A stretch of DNA of 64,000 nt. Origin: Podarcis bocagei. Lineage: Eukaryota. This document shows, one piece after another, positions 36,436-48,135 of this stretch. The first letter of the stretch is position 1. The number at the start of each line of letters is the position of its first letter. Position numbers and translations under genes: made by a program. The notes beneath the pieces are model-generated. The model searched no databases. It saw only the letters and a list, made by a program, of their open reading frames with translations, and was not told the DNA's origin. The DNA lies in the NCBI GenBank assembly GCA_964188305.1, contig OZ076886.1; one strand, given 5' to 3'.

Positions 36436-37623
36436 ATGCCAAAGAGACAGGGGAATCCTGAAAGAGGTGGATTTGCCCTGCCAGACCTTAAACTTTATTA
36501 TGAATCAGCTGCTTTTTGTTGGCTGAGAGAATGGCTGCTTCTTGAAAATACTGAAGTGTTGGATTTAGAAGGTTTCAACAATGTATTCGGATGGCATGCA
36601 TATTTGTGGTATGATAAGGTAAAAGCACATAAAGCATTTAAAAACCATATTGTTAGAAAAGCATTGTTTAATGTTTGGATAAGATATAAGGATTTGTTAG
36701 GGGGAAAAACCCCAAGATGGTTGTCACCAATGGAAGAGAAGGCACAGAAAAAACTCAATATGGAGGCCAAATGGCCGAAATATTGGGAAATTCTGGAACA
36801 AGATGGAGAGAGAATAAAATTGCAGAGCTTTGAAAAATTGAAAAACAAAGTGCAAGATTGGCTCCATTACTATCAAATAATGGAGGCATACAAATTGGAC
36901 AAAAAAGTTGGTTTCCAGGTGGAAAAATCAAAATTGGAAACAGAATTGTTAGATCCAAAAACTAAGAATTTGTCAAGAATGTATAACTTGCTGTTGAAAT
37001 GGAACACTCAGGATGAAACGGTGAAATCAGCTATGATTAAATGGGCACAAGATGTTGGACATAACATAATGATGGCTGACTGGGAATGTTTATGGACCAC
37101 AGGTATGAAATTTACGGCATGTAATGCCTTAAGAGAAAATTTAATGAAAATGATTTATAGGTGGTACATGACACCAGTTAAGCTTCAAAAAATCTACCAT
37201 TTGCCCGATAATAAATGTTGGAAATGTAATGAGACTGAAGGTACATTCTTTCACCTTTGGTGGACGTGCCCAAGGATTAAGGCATTCTGGGAGATGATTT
37301 ATAATGAAATGAAAAAGGTAATTAAATATACCTTCCTTAAGAAACCAGAGGCCTTTCTCTTGGGCATGGTCAGCCAATCGGTGTTAAAGAAGGATAGAAC
37401 TTTTTTTATGTATGCAACAATAGCAGCAAGAATACTCATCGCGAAATATTGGAAGACACAAGATTTACCCACCAGGGAAGAATGGCAGATGAAGTTGATG
37501 GACTACATGGAATTGGTGGAAATGACTGGCAGAATCCGAGACCAGGGAGAAGAGTCGGTGGAAGAAGACTGGAAAAAGTTTAAAGACTATTTACAGAAAT
37601 ACTGTAAAATTAATGAATGTTAG
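36436..37623 (+). CDS. L1 ORF2 C-terminal portion (post-RT region, zf-RVT CCHC knuckle), opened by a flanking ATG; expression unknown
   Basis: ERGGFALPDLKLYY start; CWKC-x8-H-x4-C (CWKCNETEGTFFHLWWTC); IAKYWK..P....W; no endonuclease or RT core. Confidence 0.8.
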   Translation: MPKRQGNPERGGFALPDLKLYYESAAFCWLREWLLLENTEVLDLEGFNNVFGWHAYLWYDKVKAHKAFKNHIVRKALFNVWIRYKDLLGGKTPRWLSPMEEKAQKKLNMEAKWPKYWEILEQDGERIKLQSFEKLKNKVQDWLHYYQIMEAYKLDKKVGFQVEKSKLETELLDPKTKNLSRMYNLLLKWNTQDETVKSAMIKWAQDVGHNIMMADWECLWTTGMKFTACNALRENLMKMIYRWYMTPVKLQKIYHLPDNKCWKCNETEGTFFHLWWTCPRIKAFWEMIYNEMKKVIKYTFLKKPEAFLLGMVSQSVLKKDRTFFMYATIAARILIAKYWKTQDLPTREEWQMKLMDYMELVEMTGRIRDQGEESVEEDWKKFKDYLQKYCKINEC

Positions 37624-38032
37624 AAAGAAGTTGGAATGAAGTTATATGGCTTTAGTAGAAATGTTATAAGGAATTAAGTATAAATAGATTATTAGAGCAT
37701 TAAAGGGAAAAATAAGGTTAGAATGTGTTAAGACAATTATAGGATAGAAAACAGAGGAAGATGGAAAGGAATTGCTGAAACAATTAATAGAAGTGGAATA
37801 CAAAAAGGGAGGTGTGAGGAGGTCGTGGAAATTAGTGAAAGAAAGATAAGATATTGAAATTGGACTGTGTTTTAAATGGTTTTTGTTTTGTTTTGTTAGT
37901 TGTATGTTAGTGTTTTGCAGTTTTCCCCCCTCTTTTTTTGTATTGTATTGTATTATTGTATGTTTTTTCTTTTTTGGTTTTTTGTAGTGTTGTGTTCAAT
38001 TTGTTGGAAAACTAATAAATATTATTATAAAA
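36460..38032 (+). mobile_element. 5'-truncated L1 LINE (1.57 kb), young
   Basis: Perfect 19-bp TSD aaagagacaggggaatcct (36441-36459, 38033-38051); AATAAA at 38014-38019 then A-rich tail; uninterrupted ORF2 C-terminus. Confidence 0.95.
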
Positions 38033-38605
38033 AAAGAGACAGGGGAATCCTCTGGAAGGCAACTGGGAATGCTCTTCCAAATTTTACTGTTCATCTAAAA
38101 TGTGTGCCCACCAAATGGCATTCAATGCAGTTAACTATAGAATATTAAGCAAAATGCAAAACAACCATCAAAGCACAAGTAGGTAGATGTTCCCTTCTTC
38201 TGATGTAGAAGTCCTTTTTGACAGTGTCCCCATCCCAAGTCCTGAAATTCTCTCTCCAAAGAGGCTTGCCTGGGGCCGCCTCTAATTTATTTTTCTTTTC
38301 TCCTAGACCTTTTAATCATTTGAAACATCTTCAAATTTTCCTTTACAACATCATCTCTTTCTGTCTTTATTACTCTCTTGGTGATTGTTTTCCTACTTGC
38401 AGAGTTGGGTTTTTTTGTTTTTTTTTTAGCATTGATATAATTCTGCAGGAGTTGAAGGTTTTTCGGCTGATAGTTCAGTTTTGCTTTATTGACTGGGTTG
38501 GCTATTTTAAACTAGTTTTATTGTATGTTACATAATAATAATAATTTGTATACTACCCTATACCCGTAGATCTTAGGGCAGTTCACAACATAAAATTACA
38601 ATATA

Positions 38606-38923
38606 AAGTAAAGGTAAAGGGACCCCTGACCATTAGGTCCAGTCGTGAACGACTCTGGGGTTGCGGCGCTCATCTCCCTTTATTGGCTGAGGGAGCCGGC
38701 CTACAGCTTCCGGGTCATGTGGCCAACATGACTAAGCCGCTTCTGGCAAACCAGAGCAGCACACGGAAACGCCGTTTACCTTTCCGCCGTAGCAGTACCT
38801 ATTTATCTACTTGCACTTTGACGTGCTTTCGAACTGCTAGGTTGGCAGGAACAGGGACCGAGCAATGAGAGCTCACCCTGTTGCAGGGATTCAAACTGCC
38901 GACCTTCTGATCGGCAAACCCTA
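38606..38923 (-). mobile_element. Sauria SINE lacking its 5' A-box end
   Basis: Homologous to 18787 and 20233 copies; similarity stops at ggcaaacccta. Confidence 0.93.
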
Positions 38924-38999
38924 ACTTCAGCATAAGGTAACTAATAAAAGTAATTGATAAATATTAATAAATATAAATAAACAACAGCCAATTGAACAA

Positions 39000-39330
39000 A
39001 CTGTGACATTTACAGTCAGCTTATGAGGCCAAAGTTCTGCCTAAATAAAAGTGTTTTTACCTGTTGTGAAAGGACTAGATGGATCTTCCTCAGAAAGGAG
39101 TCCCAAAACAGCCACTGAGAAGGCTCTCAAACTCCTCATCAAATGTGTTTCAGATGTTGGTTGGACAGACAGAAGGACCTCTTTCAAACCTTAAAATAAT
39201 AAGTTGGAAGGAGACAGTCTTTCAGATTACTAGGTCCCATGTAGTTTTGGGGTTCTGCAAATCATAACCAGCACATTGAATTGTGCCTAGAAATGGACCA
39301 ACAGCCAGTGAAGCTGTGGTAACATAGGAG
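39000..39330 (-). mobile_element. Old L2 fragment
   Basis: gccactgagaaggctct..ataaccagcacattgaattgtgcctagaaatggac..cagccagtgaagc. Confidence 0.55.
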
Positions 39331-39966
39331 CCTCTTTCCCCTCTTTTAGATGATCAGCTAAGGTTCTGCTCCAAGTACCTCCTCTGTTAGGCTGGTGACT
39401 ACAAATGGCCACAATCTTTTCTATGATAGCTCTATGTTTATGGAAGAAGAGAGACTGACCAATTTTATTTTGTCTCTGAGATGAGGTTAGTATGTTTGCT
39501 GATTTAGTGCTAGCTTTATCAACGTCTTGTATTTTTCAGTCATATTTACTCTATGATAGTTTGAATGCCTTTTATATGTTACTTTTTTGTGAGCAGCCTT
39601 CACGACCTTTCTGACAGAAAAGCAAGATACAGAAAAAGCAGGAGACAGAAAAGTGGGGGACATAAAATTGCCACATCTATCCATTCACAGGTGACATTGA
39701 CAAAGATGCTGAGAGATCTGCATTAATATAAAGTAATGTTTGAAATAACCCTTCTTTGAGGCATCTGCTGTAATTGAAACAAGGTTCGTGAAATGTAGTC
39801 ATCCATGGAATAGAATTATCCTACTCTGCAAGCAGTAGGTGATATACTGTAGATACATTAGCAATAACCAATCGTTTCTATCCAAGAGCACATAGATAGC
39901 TGTTCTTTTTCCTGAAACAGGTCTACTCTTTTAGCACAGGCTCCCCGCCAGCTAAATTGAACAGAA

Positions 39967-40410
39967 ATTATTTGAATTTGTTAACCTTGCAAAAATGACA
40001 CAGAAAATTAGAAACCAAAAAAATACAAAGTTTATTAACGACTGGAGTAAATTTATGATATATATTGAAGGGAATTACAAAAACCTAAAAACTATAGCAG
40101 GTTTGATATAAATCTTACAATGTGCAAATCATTGACAAATACGAGCTGCAGGAAAAACAAACTATGTATATTAAGAAGCCTGAAAGCGGGTGGGATGGAG
40201 GTCGGTAGAGGGCAGAGGAATGATTGAAGTGCTTAAAACTATAAAGAAATAAATGCGAAGATAAATAACTATAATGGAAACGGATAAGACCATTTTGCTA
40301 TGTGTAAACACTTGTAAATTACTTATTCTTTTCTTTTTTGTGATTGTTGATTTATTTTTCTCTTTTTGGTTATGTATATGAAACTTAATAAAAAGAATTT
40401 TTTAAAAAAA
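39967..40410 (+). mobile_element. Second L1 subfamily, extreme 3' fragment
   Basis: Encodes KLFEFVNLAKMTQKIRNQKNTKFINDWSKFMIYIE..* (stop 40109-40111), which aligns with KLMDYMELVEMTGRIRDQ..EEDWKKFKDYL of the 36460 L1; AATAAA at 40387; possible TSD gaacagaa. Confidence 0.8.
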
Positions 40411-40546
40411 GAACAGAACATTGAATAGAAGAGAAGGATGTAGCATATAGTCTTAATGTATAAAACCACAGCATTCAAACAAATACAGCAGTGTAAGGTA
40501 AAACCTACTTAGCTTATTTCAAAGGTGGTGACCATCATTGCATTTT

Positions 40547-40683
40547 NNNNNNNNNNNNNNNNNNNNNNNNNNNNNNNNNNNNNNNNNNNNNNNNNNNNNN
40601 NNNNNNNNNNNNNNNNNNNNNNNNNNNNNNNNNNNNNNNNNNNNNNNNNNNNNNNNNNNNNNNNNNNNNNNNNNNNNNNNNNN
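40547..40683. other. Assembly gap (137 N)
   Basis: N run. Confidence 1.
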
Positions 40684-41244
40684 GAGTAAGATTGTCTTCC
40701 ATAAACACGGTTTTAACAATGAGTTCGTAAGTGGACTGTGGAGGCCAATTCTGGATCCACACATCCTTCCACAGTGGTGACATTAGTCCCCAGGTGGGAG
40801 TTGATCACAGTGTGGATTTGCCAAGCGTGCCTTCCTCTTAGCACTTTTCTCCCTTGTGTTCTGAGTTCGAGTGTCTTCAAAGCCCATGACACCTTTGGTA
40901 AAGGCTGTTCTCCAATTAGAGGGCTCGCAGGCCAGTGTTTCCCAATTGTTGGTGTTTATACTACATTTTTTTAAAATTTGCCTTGAGAGGGTCTTTAAAC
41001 CTCTTTGTTGACCACCAGCATTGCGCTTTCAATTTTTAAGTTCAAAATAGAGTACAGTAGTTACTTTGGAAGATGATAATCAGGCATCCACACAACATGA
41101 CCAGTCCAACAAAGTTGATGTTGAAGAATCATTGTTGATTCTGTTGATCTTTGCTTCTTCCTGTACACTGGTATTAGTTCGCCTGTCTTCCCAAGTGATG
41201 TCTACATTTTTTCGGAGACAAAGTTGATGGAATCTTTCGAGGAT
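40684..41244 (-). mobile_element. RTE-clade LINE 3' fragment (different subfamily from 23439)
   Basis: Minus-strand peptides LERFHQLCLRK..ITWEDRRTNTSVQEEA and HQLCWTGHVVWMPDYHLPK; 3' end abuts the gap. Confidence 0.85.
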
Positions 41245-41365
41245 TTATACCCGAAACTTCTGGCTGAGTTTCCCTAATCACTCTGGGTGGTTCCCAACAG
41301 AATATTAAAAACAATCCTTAAAAACTTCACTAAACAGAGCTGCCTTCAGATGTCTTCTAAAAGTC
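41245..41365 (-). mobile_element. L2 LINE 3' end
   Basis: tttataccc..cactctgggtggttcccaacag..gctgccttcagatgtcttctaaaag. Confidence 0.7.
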
Positions 41366-41723
41366 TGATCCTAAACCTCCACTGCCTTGCAGAAGAAGAA
41401 ATGGCTAAGGAGTAAACCCTACTACAGAAATCCAGAGTGCAGTCCCTGAGACGGTTGGCTGGCACCTTAAATATCTCCCTCTGGCACCTCCTGAGTCCAA
41501 GCTGCTGCCAAATGCATTGTTCTGCTTTCCTCTGGACCACATCAGCAAAGCAAAGGGGGGGGGGTGTCTTGTACCCTGGGCAGCCCAGGACCTCCATACA
41601 CGCTGCCCAGGCTTGTGCCTCAGGGAGGTCACTTTGGTTCTGCTAAAGCAGCAGTTTGGCGTCACCCCCAGAGGCACACTCCTTTGTCTCTCGAGACAGA
41701 TGCATGTCAACAACCAACAACAA
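41366..41723 (+). mobile_element. Short non-coding RTE-related retroelement
   Basis: Last about 75 bp align with the 3' end of the RTE at 24138-24215; (CAA)n-like tail. Confidence 0.7.
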
Positions 41724-41884
41724 ACCAGTTCATATTACAGACAGTAATTACACAGATTTTGCTAAGTAAGTTAGAACATTTATTAGGGGGTACTATTATT
41801 GTGATTTTAGGATTGCTTAAAAGAAAGAAATGTGGGGGATGCAACACCTTATTGCCTGCCACTGGGAAAGTGTATGCCTTACAG

Positions 41885-42200
41885 CATGGGTAGGCAAACT
41901 AAGGCCAGGGGGCCGGATCCAGCCCAATCGCCTTCTAAATCCAGATGGTCCAGGAATCAGCGTGTTTTTACATGAGTAGAATGTGTGCTTTTATTTAAAA
42001 TGCATCTCTGGGTTATTTATGGGGCCTGTCTGGTGTTTTTACATGAGTAGAATATGTGCTTTTATTTAAAATGCATCTCTGGGTTATTTGTGGAGCCTAG
42101 GAATTCATTCATATTTCCCCCCCCAAAATATAGTCCGTTCCCCCACAAGTTCTGAGGGACAGTGGACCGGCCCCCTGCTGAAAAAATTTGCTGACCCCTG
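41885..42200. mobile_element. hAT Charlie-like MITE, copy 2
   Basis: Perfect 8-bp TSD ccttacag; homologous to 32717-33030. Confidence 0.93.
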
Positions 42201-42939
42201 CCTTACAGTGCTGAAGCTACTAGTAAAACCAGAAGTAACTTTAGTGAAAAAGCATCCAAACAGAAAATGCCCCCTGAGGCCTACAGAATGAACGACGACT
42301 TCAGCTTATAAAATTGTTGCTTCTCTTGACTAAAGAAACATTGTCATAATGTTCACAATGATTGGTCTGCCATAAGCTTTGAAACACTGTGCTTTTCTGA
42401 GCAGGGCTTTGACCAGTATTTTTCTTGTGTTTTTATACAATTACTATCAGGGTTATTTAAAGCTCTCACTAATTGCAAGGCTGTAGCCAGGTTTTTTCTT
42501 TTAATGTAACCATGAAGCCTAAAGCAACTGCCATCACAATTACACTGCATAAACTCCCCCATTAAAAATGACACTGCACTGGCAATTTTTACAAAGAAGC
42601 CTTGGTCCAGTCAACCAGATCTGTGAAAATCTGTCTGACAACTGTTTACCCTTCCTGGCATCTTATTGACACCCAATACAATTATGAGATAGTTACACGA
42701 AAGCGAGTGGAAACCATTGAGTGCCTTATTGCCTCAATTACGCTTCAAATGCCATCAGTTTGTTCCTTGATTTGTCCACATACTATGCCATGCTGGGATG
42801 TGAAAGTTCAGATGATCTATACAATAAATGGGGGATGGGAATGTAAGAGAACAAAAGGGGGAATTTAGACATTTTGATACTGTTTACCATACAGGGGTCA
42901 TTTTCATATCTAATGTTTGGAGAGTCATTATGGAAGACT

Positions 42940-43080
42940 GTGTGGAGCAGAGGCAGACTAGGCTTGGCAAAACCTGGGTTTGAATCCTCCCCCATCCAGT
43001 GCAGTTCCTTGGGTGACCTTGGGCAGTCACTTTATTTCTCACCTTAACCCACATCACAGGATTGTTGTGAGGCTAAAAAT
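42940..43080 (+). mobile_element. MIR-like CORE SINE fragment
   Basis: cctgggtttgaatcc..gggtgaccttgggcagtca..cacaggattgttgtgagg. Confidence 0.65.
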
Positions 43081-44134
43081 CTAATTAATAATAACATGCT
43101 ATTGTGAACCAAGGAAGTTGTGATTCGTAGATAACGGTGTTCTCAATAAAACACTACAATCATGTTTCTCATTCTGGAGATACTAAATAAAGCAATATCT
43201 GATCATAATGTTGTAGTATGATTTCTGGGTTTCAAAATGGCCACCCAAAAGAAAATTATGAAACTTAGGCTGAGGGTCAAGTCAGGCTGAACATCTAGGT
43301 GCTGTGATTCTATTAATGGCACCATCTTATCTGGCTTTTATCTTTAGCATGTACTCTCATAGTACAGTACAGGCAACTCTCAACATATGCTGGGTTTACA
43401 TTCTGGGGATAGTGCCTAAAGTCAAAATCTTGTATAGTCCAAACACACGGGGTACAATGGTGGGTGGAATTGCCGAAGTATTTTTCCCAAGCATCTGGCC
43501 CCTTTCATTTCATTTCATTTTTTAAATTGCCAAGCATGTAAAGCTGAATGTTCAGGAGTTAAATGTGCATGAGTTACAAATTACCTGTATAAAGCTTTGC
43601 CATTCTAACAAAACACAAACACACATCTAAAACATCCAGTCAGTGAAATTCCAAATGGGTTTAGGGAAAGTAGACAACCTGACTTCTCAGTTTGTCCCAG
43701 CTGTGATCTGAGAGATTAGGAAGGAGCTTTTGCTTTTGAATTATGATTCTAGGTGGTGAGCAATAGGAAGCCATTGTGATTCCCCATATTAGCATGATTA
43801 TGATTGGATGTTGATATAATATTTCCAACTCACCTGATGACACCTGGAAGTCATCCTGTGAGCTCATACATATGGGAAAGTTGCCAGTGATGAAGAACCT
43901 CAGAGCAGGCTCCTGGATTACTGAAACTGACAGTATACATTCCTGTTCCTCTAAGCCAGTGGTTTTCAATCTCTTTTTTTGAGGACCCTTGGAAGCTTAC
44001 CAGGCGTTCCTCAGTGAGAAGATTGGTAATGGACAAAAAGCTTCTCTAAGAGGTGGATTGTCCAACATATCAATCTTTCCCTGAAAACCATAGCCACAAC
44101 AGAGTCCTGGATGGGTTTCCTGGGGCAGGGGTGG

Positions 44135-44334
44135 GAAGCAGCAGCTCAGTGGCAGAGAATATGCTCTGCATCCAGATGGTCCCACATGCAATCCATGACA
44201 TCTCCAGGCAGGGCTGACTATGAACCCTGCTTGAAACTATGTAAAGGCTACTGCCAGTAGACAGTACTGAAGTACATTGTATATACGGTATTGTATATAT
44301 ACACCAGTGGTCTTATGCAGCTTCCTATGCTTCT
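44135..44334 (+). mobile_element. tRNA-head SINE with CR1-like tail (Squam3-like), diverged
   Basis: agctcagtggcagag..catctccaggcagggctg..gcagcttcctatg. Confidence 0.6.
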
Positions 44335-44832
44335 GTGGGTGTTTGGAGAAGCGTTGTAGACCAGTGGTAGAACACCTGTTTTGCCCGCATAATTATTATT
44401 AGTAATAATTTGATTTATTCCTCATCAGTTGCCTGTAGGTGATGTAGAGCATATCAAAAGAATCCCACAGAACAAAATAACCGTACAACTGATAATCAGT
44501 AGAACACATGAGACAAGATTAATATCACAGGGAGCAAGGTAATAAAATGATCAAAACGGTCTACTTTTCTTTTCTTTTCTTTTTTAAGTGTTCCAAAAAG
44601 CTGTTGAAAAGATCCTGAGAGAAAGGCCTGCCAGGCAAGTTTCTTTGGGGAGACTATTCCCCACATGCGTGAGGGGAACCACTGAAAAGAGCCTCTTTTT
44701 CATCGCCACCATTTACACTTCCGAAGGCCCTGACTGAGAGAGGAGGGCTTCCAGTGCTGGTCTGACCCAGGTTGGCAGGGACAACTCACCTGGTGGGGTA
44801 GAGGGCCTTTCCTCCTCCCAGGGGGGAGGGGT

Positions 44833-45599
44833 TGTGAGCGGGAGCAGCTTCCCGCTGGGGCGGGGAGGCATACGTGGCTCCCTGCTCCTGATTGCTTCTG
44901 CTGCCGCGGCCAAGCCTTCCAGCTGACCAATAGGGCTGGCTGGTGGGCGGGGCTAGCTGCATTTAAACAGCCGCGGCAGCGCTCAGCTCCCAGTCTGTTC
45001 CTGCTTTCTTCGGATCTCCCGCCCGCCCGCCGTCTTAGGTCAGCTTCTTTTGCATATTGACCTTGCTATGGACTTCGGTTGGTTGCCTTGGTTGCCCAAG
45101 GGGCCTGGTAGGACTTTTTTATCCATTTGGCAAATTGGCACCAGCCTCTTGTTTTTTTCGCCTACCTCATAGCAATTTGTCACAACTTTCTGGTATTGGC
45201 GGTTAGGCAATGGAATATGTGTGCTGTGTTGGAGGATTGGGTATGGGCCATCATCTACCCATCCTCTTTTGGGTATTCCATTAAAGGAATCCGGCGGTCA
45301 TGGGTCCTGTCCAATGCCCTGCTGGTGGCTAGGGCAATGGCACTTCCCCCGGTGAGGTCATGGGGGAGCTCCCAGTTGTATTTGCATCAACAAGCTCCTC
45401 CCATTGGTTGTTAACCCTGATATGACTCCCGGCTGTGCGGGGTGGAGTCTTGTATTGCTGTTTCATCCAACGCCTAAGCCAATGCTACTCACATGCTGTA
45501 ACCAGTAAAAGTTGTGGCCTAATTTTGCCCATTAACCTAAAATAATGTGTCTTTGTGTCGTCTTATACTCCTATGTGGGTGGCGGGTCCTCAACTCACA
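44833..45599 (+). mobile_element. LTR-like terminal-repeat element (solo LTR or DIRS/Ngaro-type remnant)
   Basis: Inverted ends gttgtgag/ctcacaac (TG...CA); GC boxes at 44857 and 44945, CCAAT 44927, TATA-like atttaaa 44961, AGTAAA 45504; no TSD visible. Confidence 0.6.
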
Positions 45600-47319
45600 A
45601 CTGCAGTAATAGCCTCCCACCAGTACTGCAATGTACCAGGAAGGGAAGGGGCAAGGAAACTGAGGTTCAGGCTGCACAGATGCACCAACAGGAGCACCAG
45701 GTTAGCTCTGCTGGCACACCCAATCAGTCCCAACTTCAGCAGTGTCTGACCCCTCCAGGTACATGGCAGTGATGCTGCTTCCTGGATGATACCACTGCAG
45801 CTCTGCCCCACCAGGGGAATCTCTCTTGCAGGTTATGATGGGAAGAGACAATCCTTCAGGTACTAGGGCCCTAAGCCATGGTCTTTAGAGATTAAAAGCA
45901 GCACTTTGAATTGCTAGGAAACATATTGGCAGCCAATGCTCATGGGCAAGGACTGGTATGATGTGAACAGGGTCTTTTGTCCCTGTTGACAGCCTAGCTA
46001 CTGTATCCTGAACAAACTGACATTTGGGGGCCCTTCTCAAAGGCCACCTCGCATAAATCACAGAGAACTTGAAGTAGATCTACCTTCTGCTACTCCTTTC
46101 CCTCTTGCGTACTTTGGGTTCGCAAGGAGCAACAATGAGGCCCAATAAGCAATGGTGCTGTCAGGGCAGGACTTTGGGGGAGATGTCCAGGCCCCATTTA
46201 GCAAAATGAACAGAAGTGCCCAAAAATGCTGCAGGGCTGGTATACCACTTTCTAAATTTTGTGAATTAATGGGATTCCTATCTAAAGACAGGGGCCCCGT
46301 AAAGCTATTAATTTCAGAGTCTAAAATTACCTAACAGCACTAGTGTCAATAGGCCAGACAGACCAAAACTCCCATGTAAGCTAATTTTACAGCCTTTGAC
46401 ATATCCCAAAATCCTTTGAAACTCACAGAGGTTCCTCCGCAGATAAATTGAAGTGGAAAGGGTTCTCTAAGGTGGTAAATTTGAAAAGCACAACTCTAAC
46501 CATTTGGATGCATTGATCTGTGCTTGAGCAAAATTATTCTCTGTCGCGCCCTATTGTCCAGTTTTAACAAAGGCTAAGACGTTCCCTAAACACTCTGCAA
46601 TGTGGGCAAGCAGTTACTTTCTGAAATGTAAATATGCATTAAGGAAACTCCTACAGGCTTGTGCTAGGGATTTTTTTTTTTTTTACTGCTTGCATTCTTT
46701 ACATTTTTGTGTAAGTGCCAACAAAACTAATTTTTTTCTGTTTTCTTTAAGAGCAGCTTTGTAAATATAGCAATGGTATTGATGATAAGAACTCTTCAGG
46801 AGAAAAACTGGTGTGATTGATACTGAAAGAAGAGAAATTTCAGCTTCTTTTTCTAGGAAACAAAACTAATCCAAGGACTTAGAGCTTCAGCATATATTTA
46901 GTCTCTGTATATGTCACTTGAGAGTCTAGAGGCTTAAATGTTTATTTATTTTATTGAGAATGTAATGGAAAGATTCACAAACTCTTCTTTTTGCTATTGT
47001 ACATAGAATGTCCATTCTGTGTCACCCAAAATGAGGAAACACATCACCAAAAAAGAGAACAAAGATGACAAAAAATGCATCAAATTTGCATATGCTAATT
47101 TATAGGTACTGATGCACATTTAGAAACAATTTGTATAATTTAAACATAAATACAATACATCTTGCCATATTGGGGAAGACCATAACCAGATGAGCTATGT
47201 GCTGCTTAAGTGTTAACTGTTGATGGGAAAATTCAAGGTGCTTTGTTTCCCTTCTTATGGTTTAAACCAGACTTGAACTGAAAAGCTCTTTATACCAGAC
47301 TTGGAACAGATAGCCCTTT

Positions 47320-48135
47320 ATATGTCCATGCTCTAGTGACCTCCCATCTGGACTACTACAATGCACTCTACTTGGGGCTGCACTTGAAGGCAGCCCAGAA
47401 GTTGCAGTTAGGTCAAATTGAGGCTGCTAGGTTGGTGGGTGGGACAGTCTGATGGGTCAATGCATCACAGGTCCTGAAAATGTTACACTGGCTGCAGTGA
47501 GCTACTGGGCTCAATTCAAGTTGTTATTACTAGCATACAGAGCTCTAAATGGCTTGGAATCCAAGTACCCAAAAGAGCCCTTCCCACAGTATCAACCACC
47601 TCAGTCCCTACGATCAGAAGGAGAGGCCCTGTTGATAGAGCTGCGGCTGCTGGGTGCTGCCTGGTTGGTGCTGATCCAGAGCGGGGTCTTCTTGGTGGTA
47701 GTTCCCTGCTTGTGGAATGCCCTTCCTGTCTTAGGTGCCATCTCTCTGGAAGCCTGGGGGCCCAAGCACCCACAAAATTCCCCATGAAGAGGCCAGACAC
47801 CCACAAATTTTGGTGCCAGGGCTATGCATACTGCATGGCACCCACAGTCCCTGGCACCCACGGTGGCGGGGCCAAGTTGGCACTCCTGCTTCCTAGTGAG
47901 GTGCAGCTATCTTCCTCATTATTAACATTCAGGTGGAATTTCAAAACATTCTTGCTTCAGCTTTATCTAGGCATTTGATGGCTGAAAGATACTATTCCTG
48001 GCAACCTTGAAATTATTAGCTATGAAGATATGTAGCTGTTTATAAATAGTTTTGGATGTTTTAAATATTTTAATTTTTAGTCTTAAAATTGTATTGTCTT
48101 GCCATTTTGTTGTTTGCCATCCTGGGCAACTCTGG
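47320..48135 (+). mobile_element. L2 LINE ORF2 C-terminal and 3'UTR fragment
   Basis: VHALVTSHLDYYNALYLGL..KLQL; FKLLLLAYRALNGL; VVPCLWNALP. Confidence 0.85.
47730..47888. mobile_element. hAT MITE nested in L2
   Basis: Ends cttaggtgccatct / agttggcactcctg; flanks cttcctgt/cttcctag (6/8). Confidence 0.55.

Noticed and set aside
40519-40783. ORFs spanning N runs (also 58832-59237)
   Set aside because: Artefacts of assembly gaps
47084-47100. Near-palindromic octamer pair atttgcatatgctaat
   Set aside because: Sits in AT-rich, repeat-like context; one motif alone is insufficient
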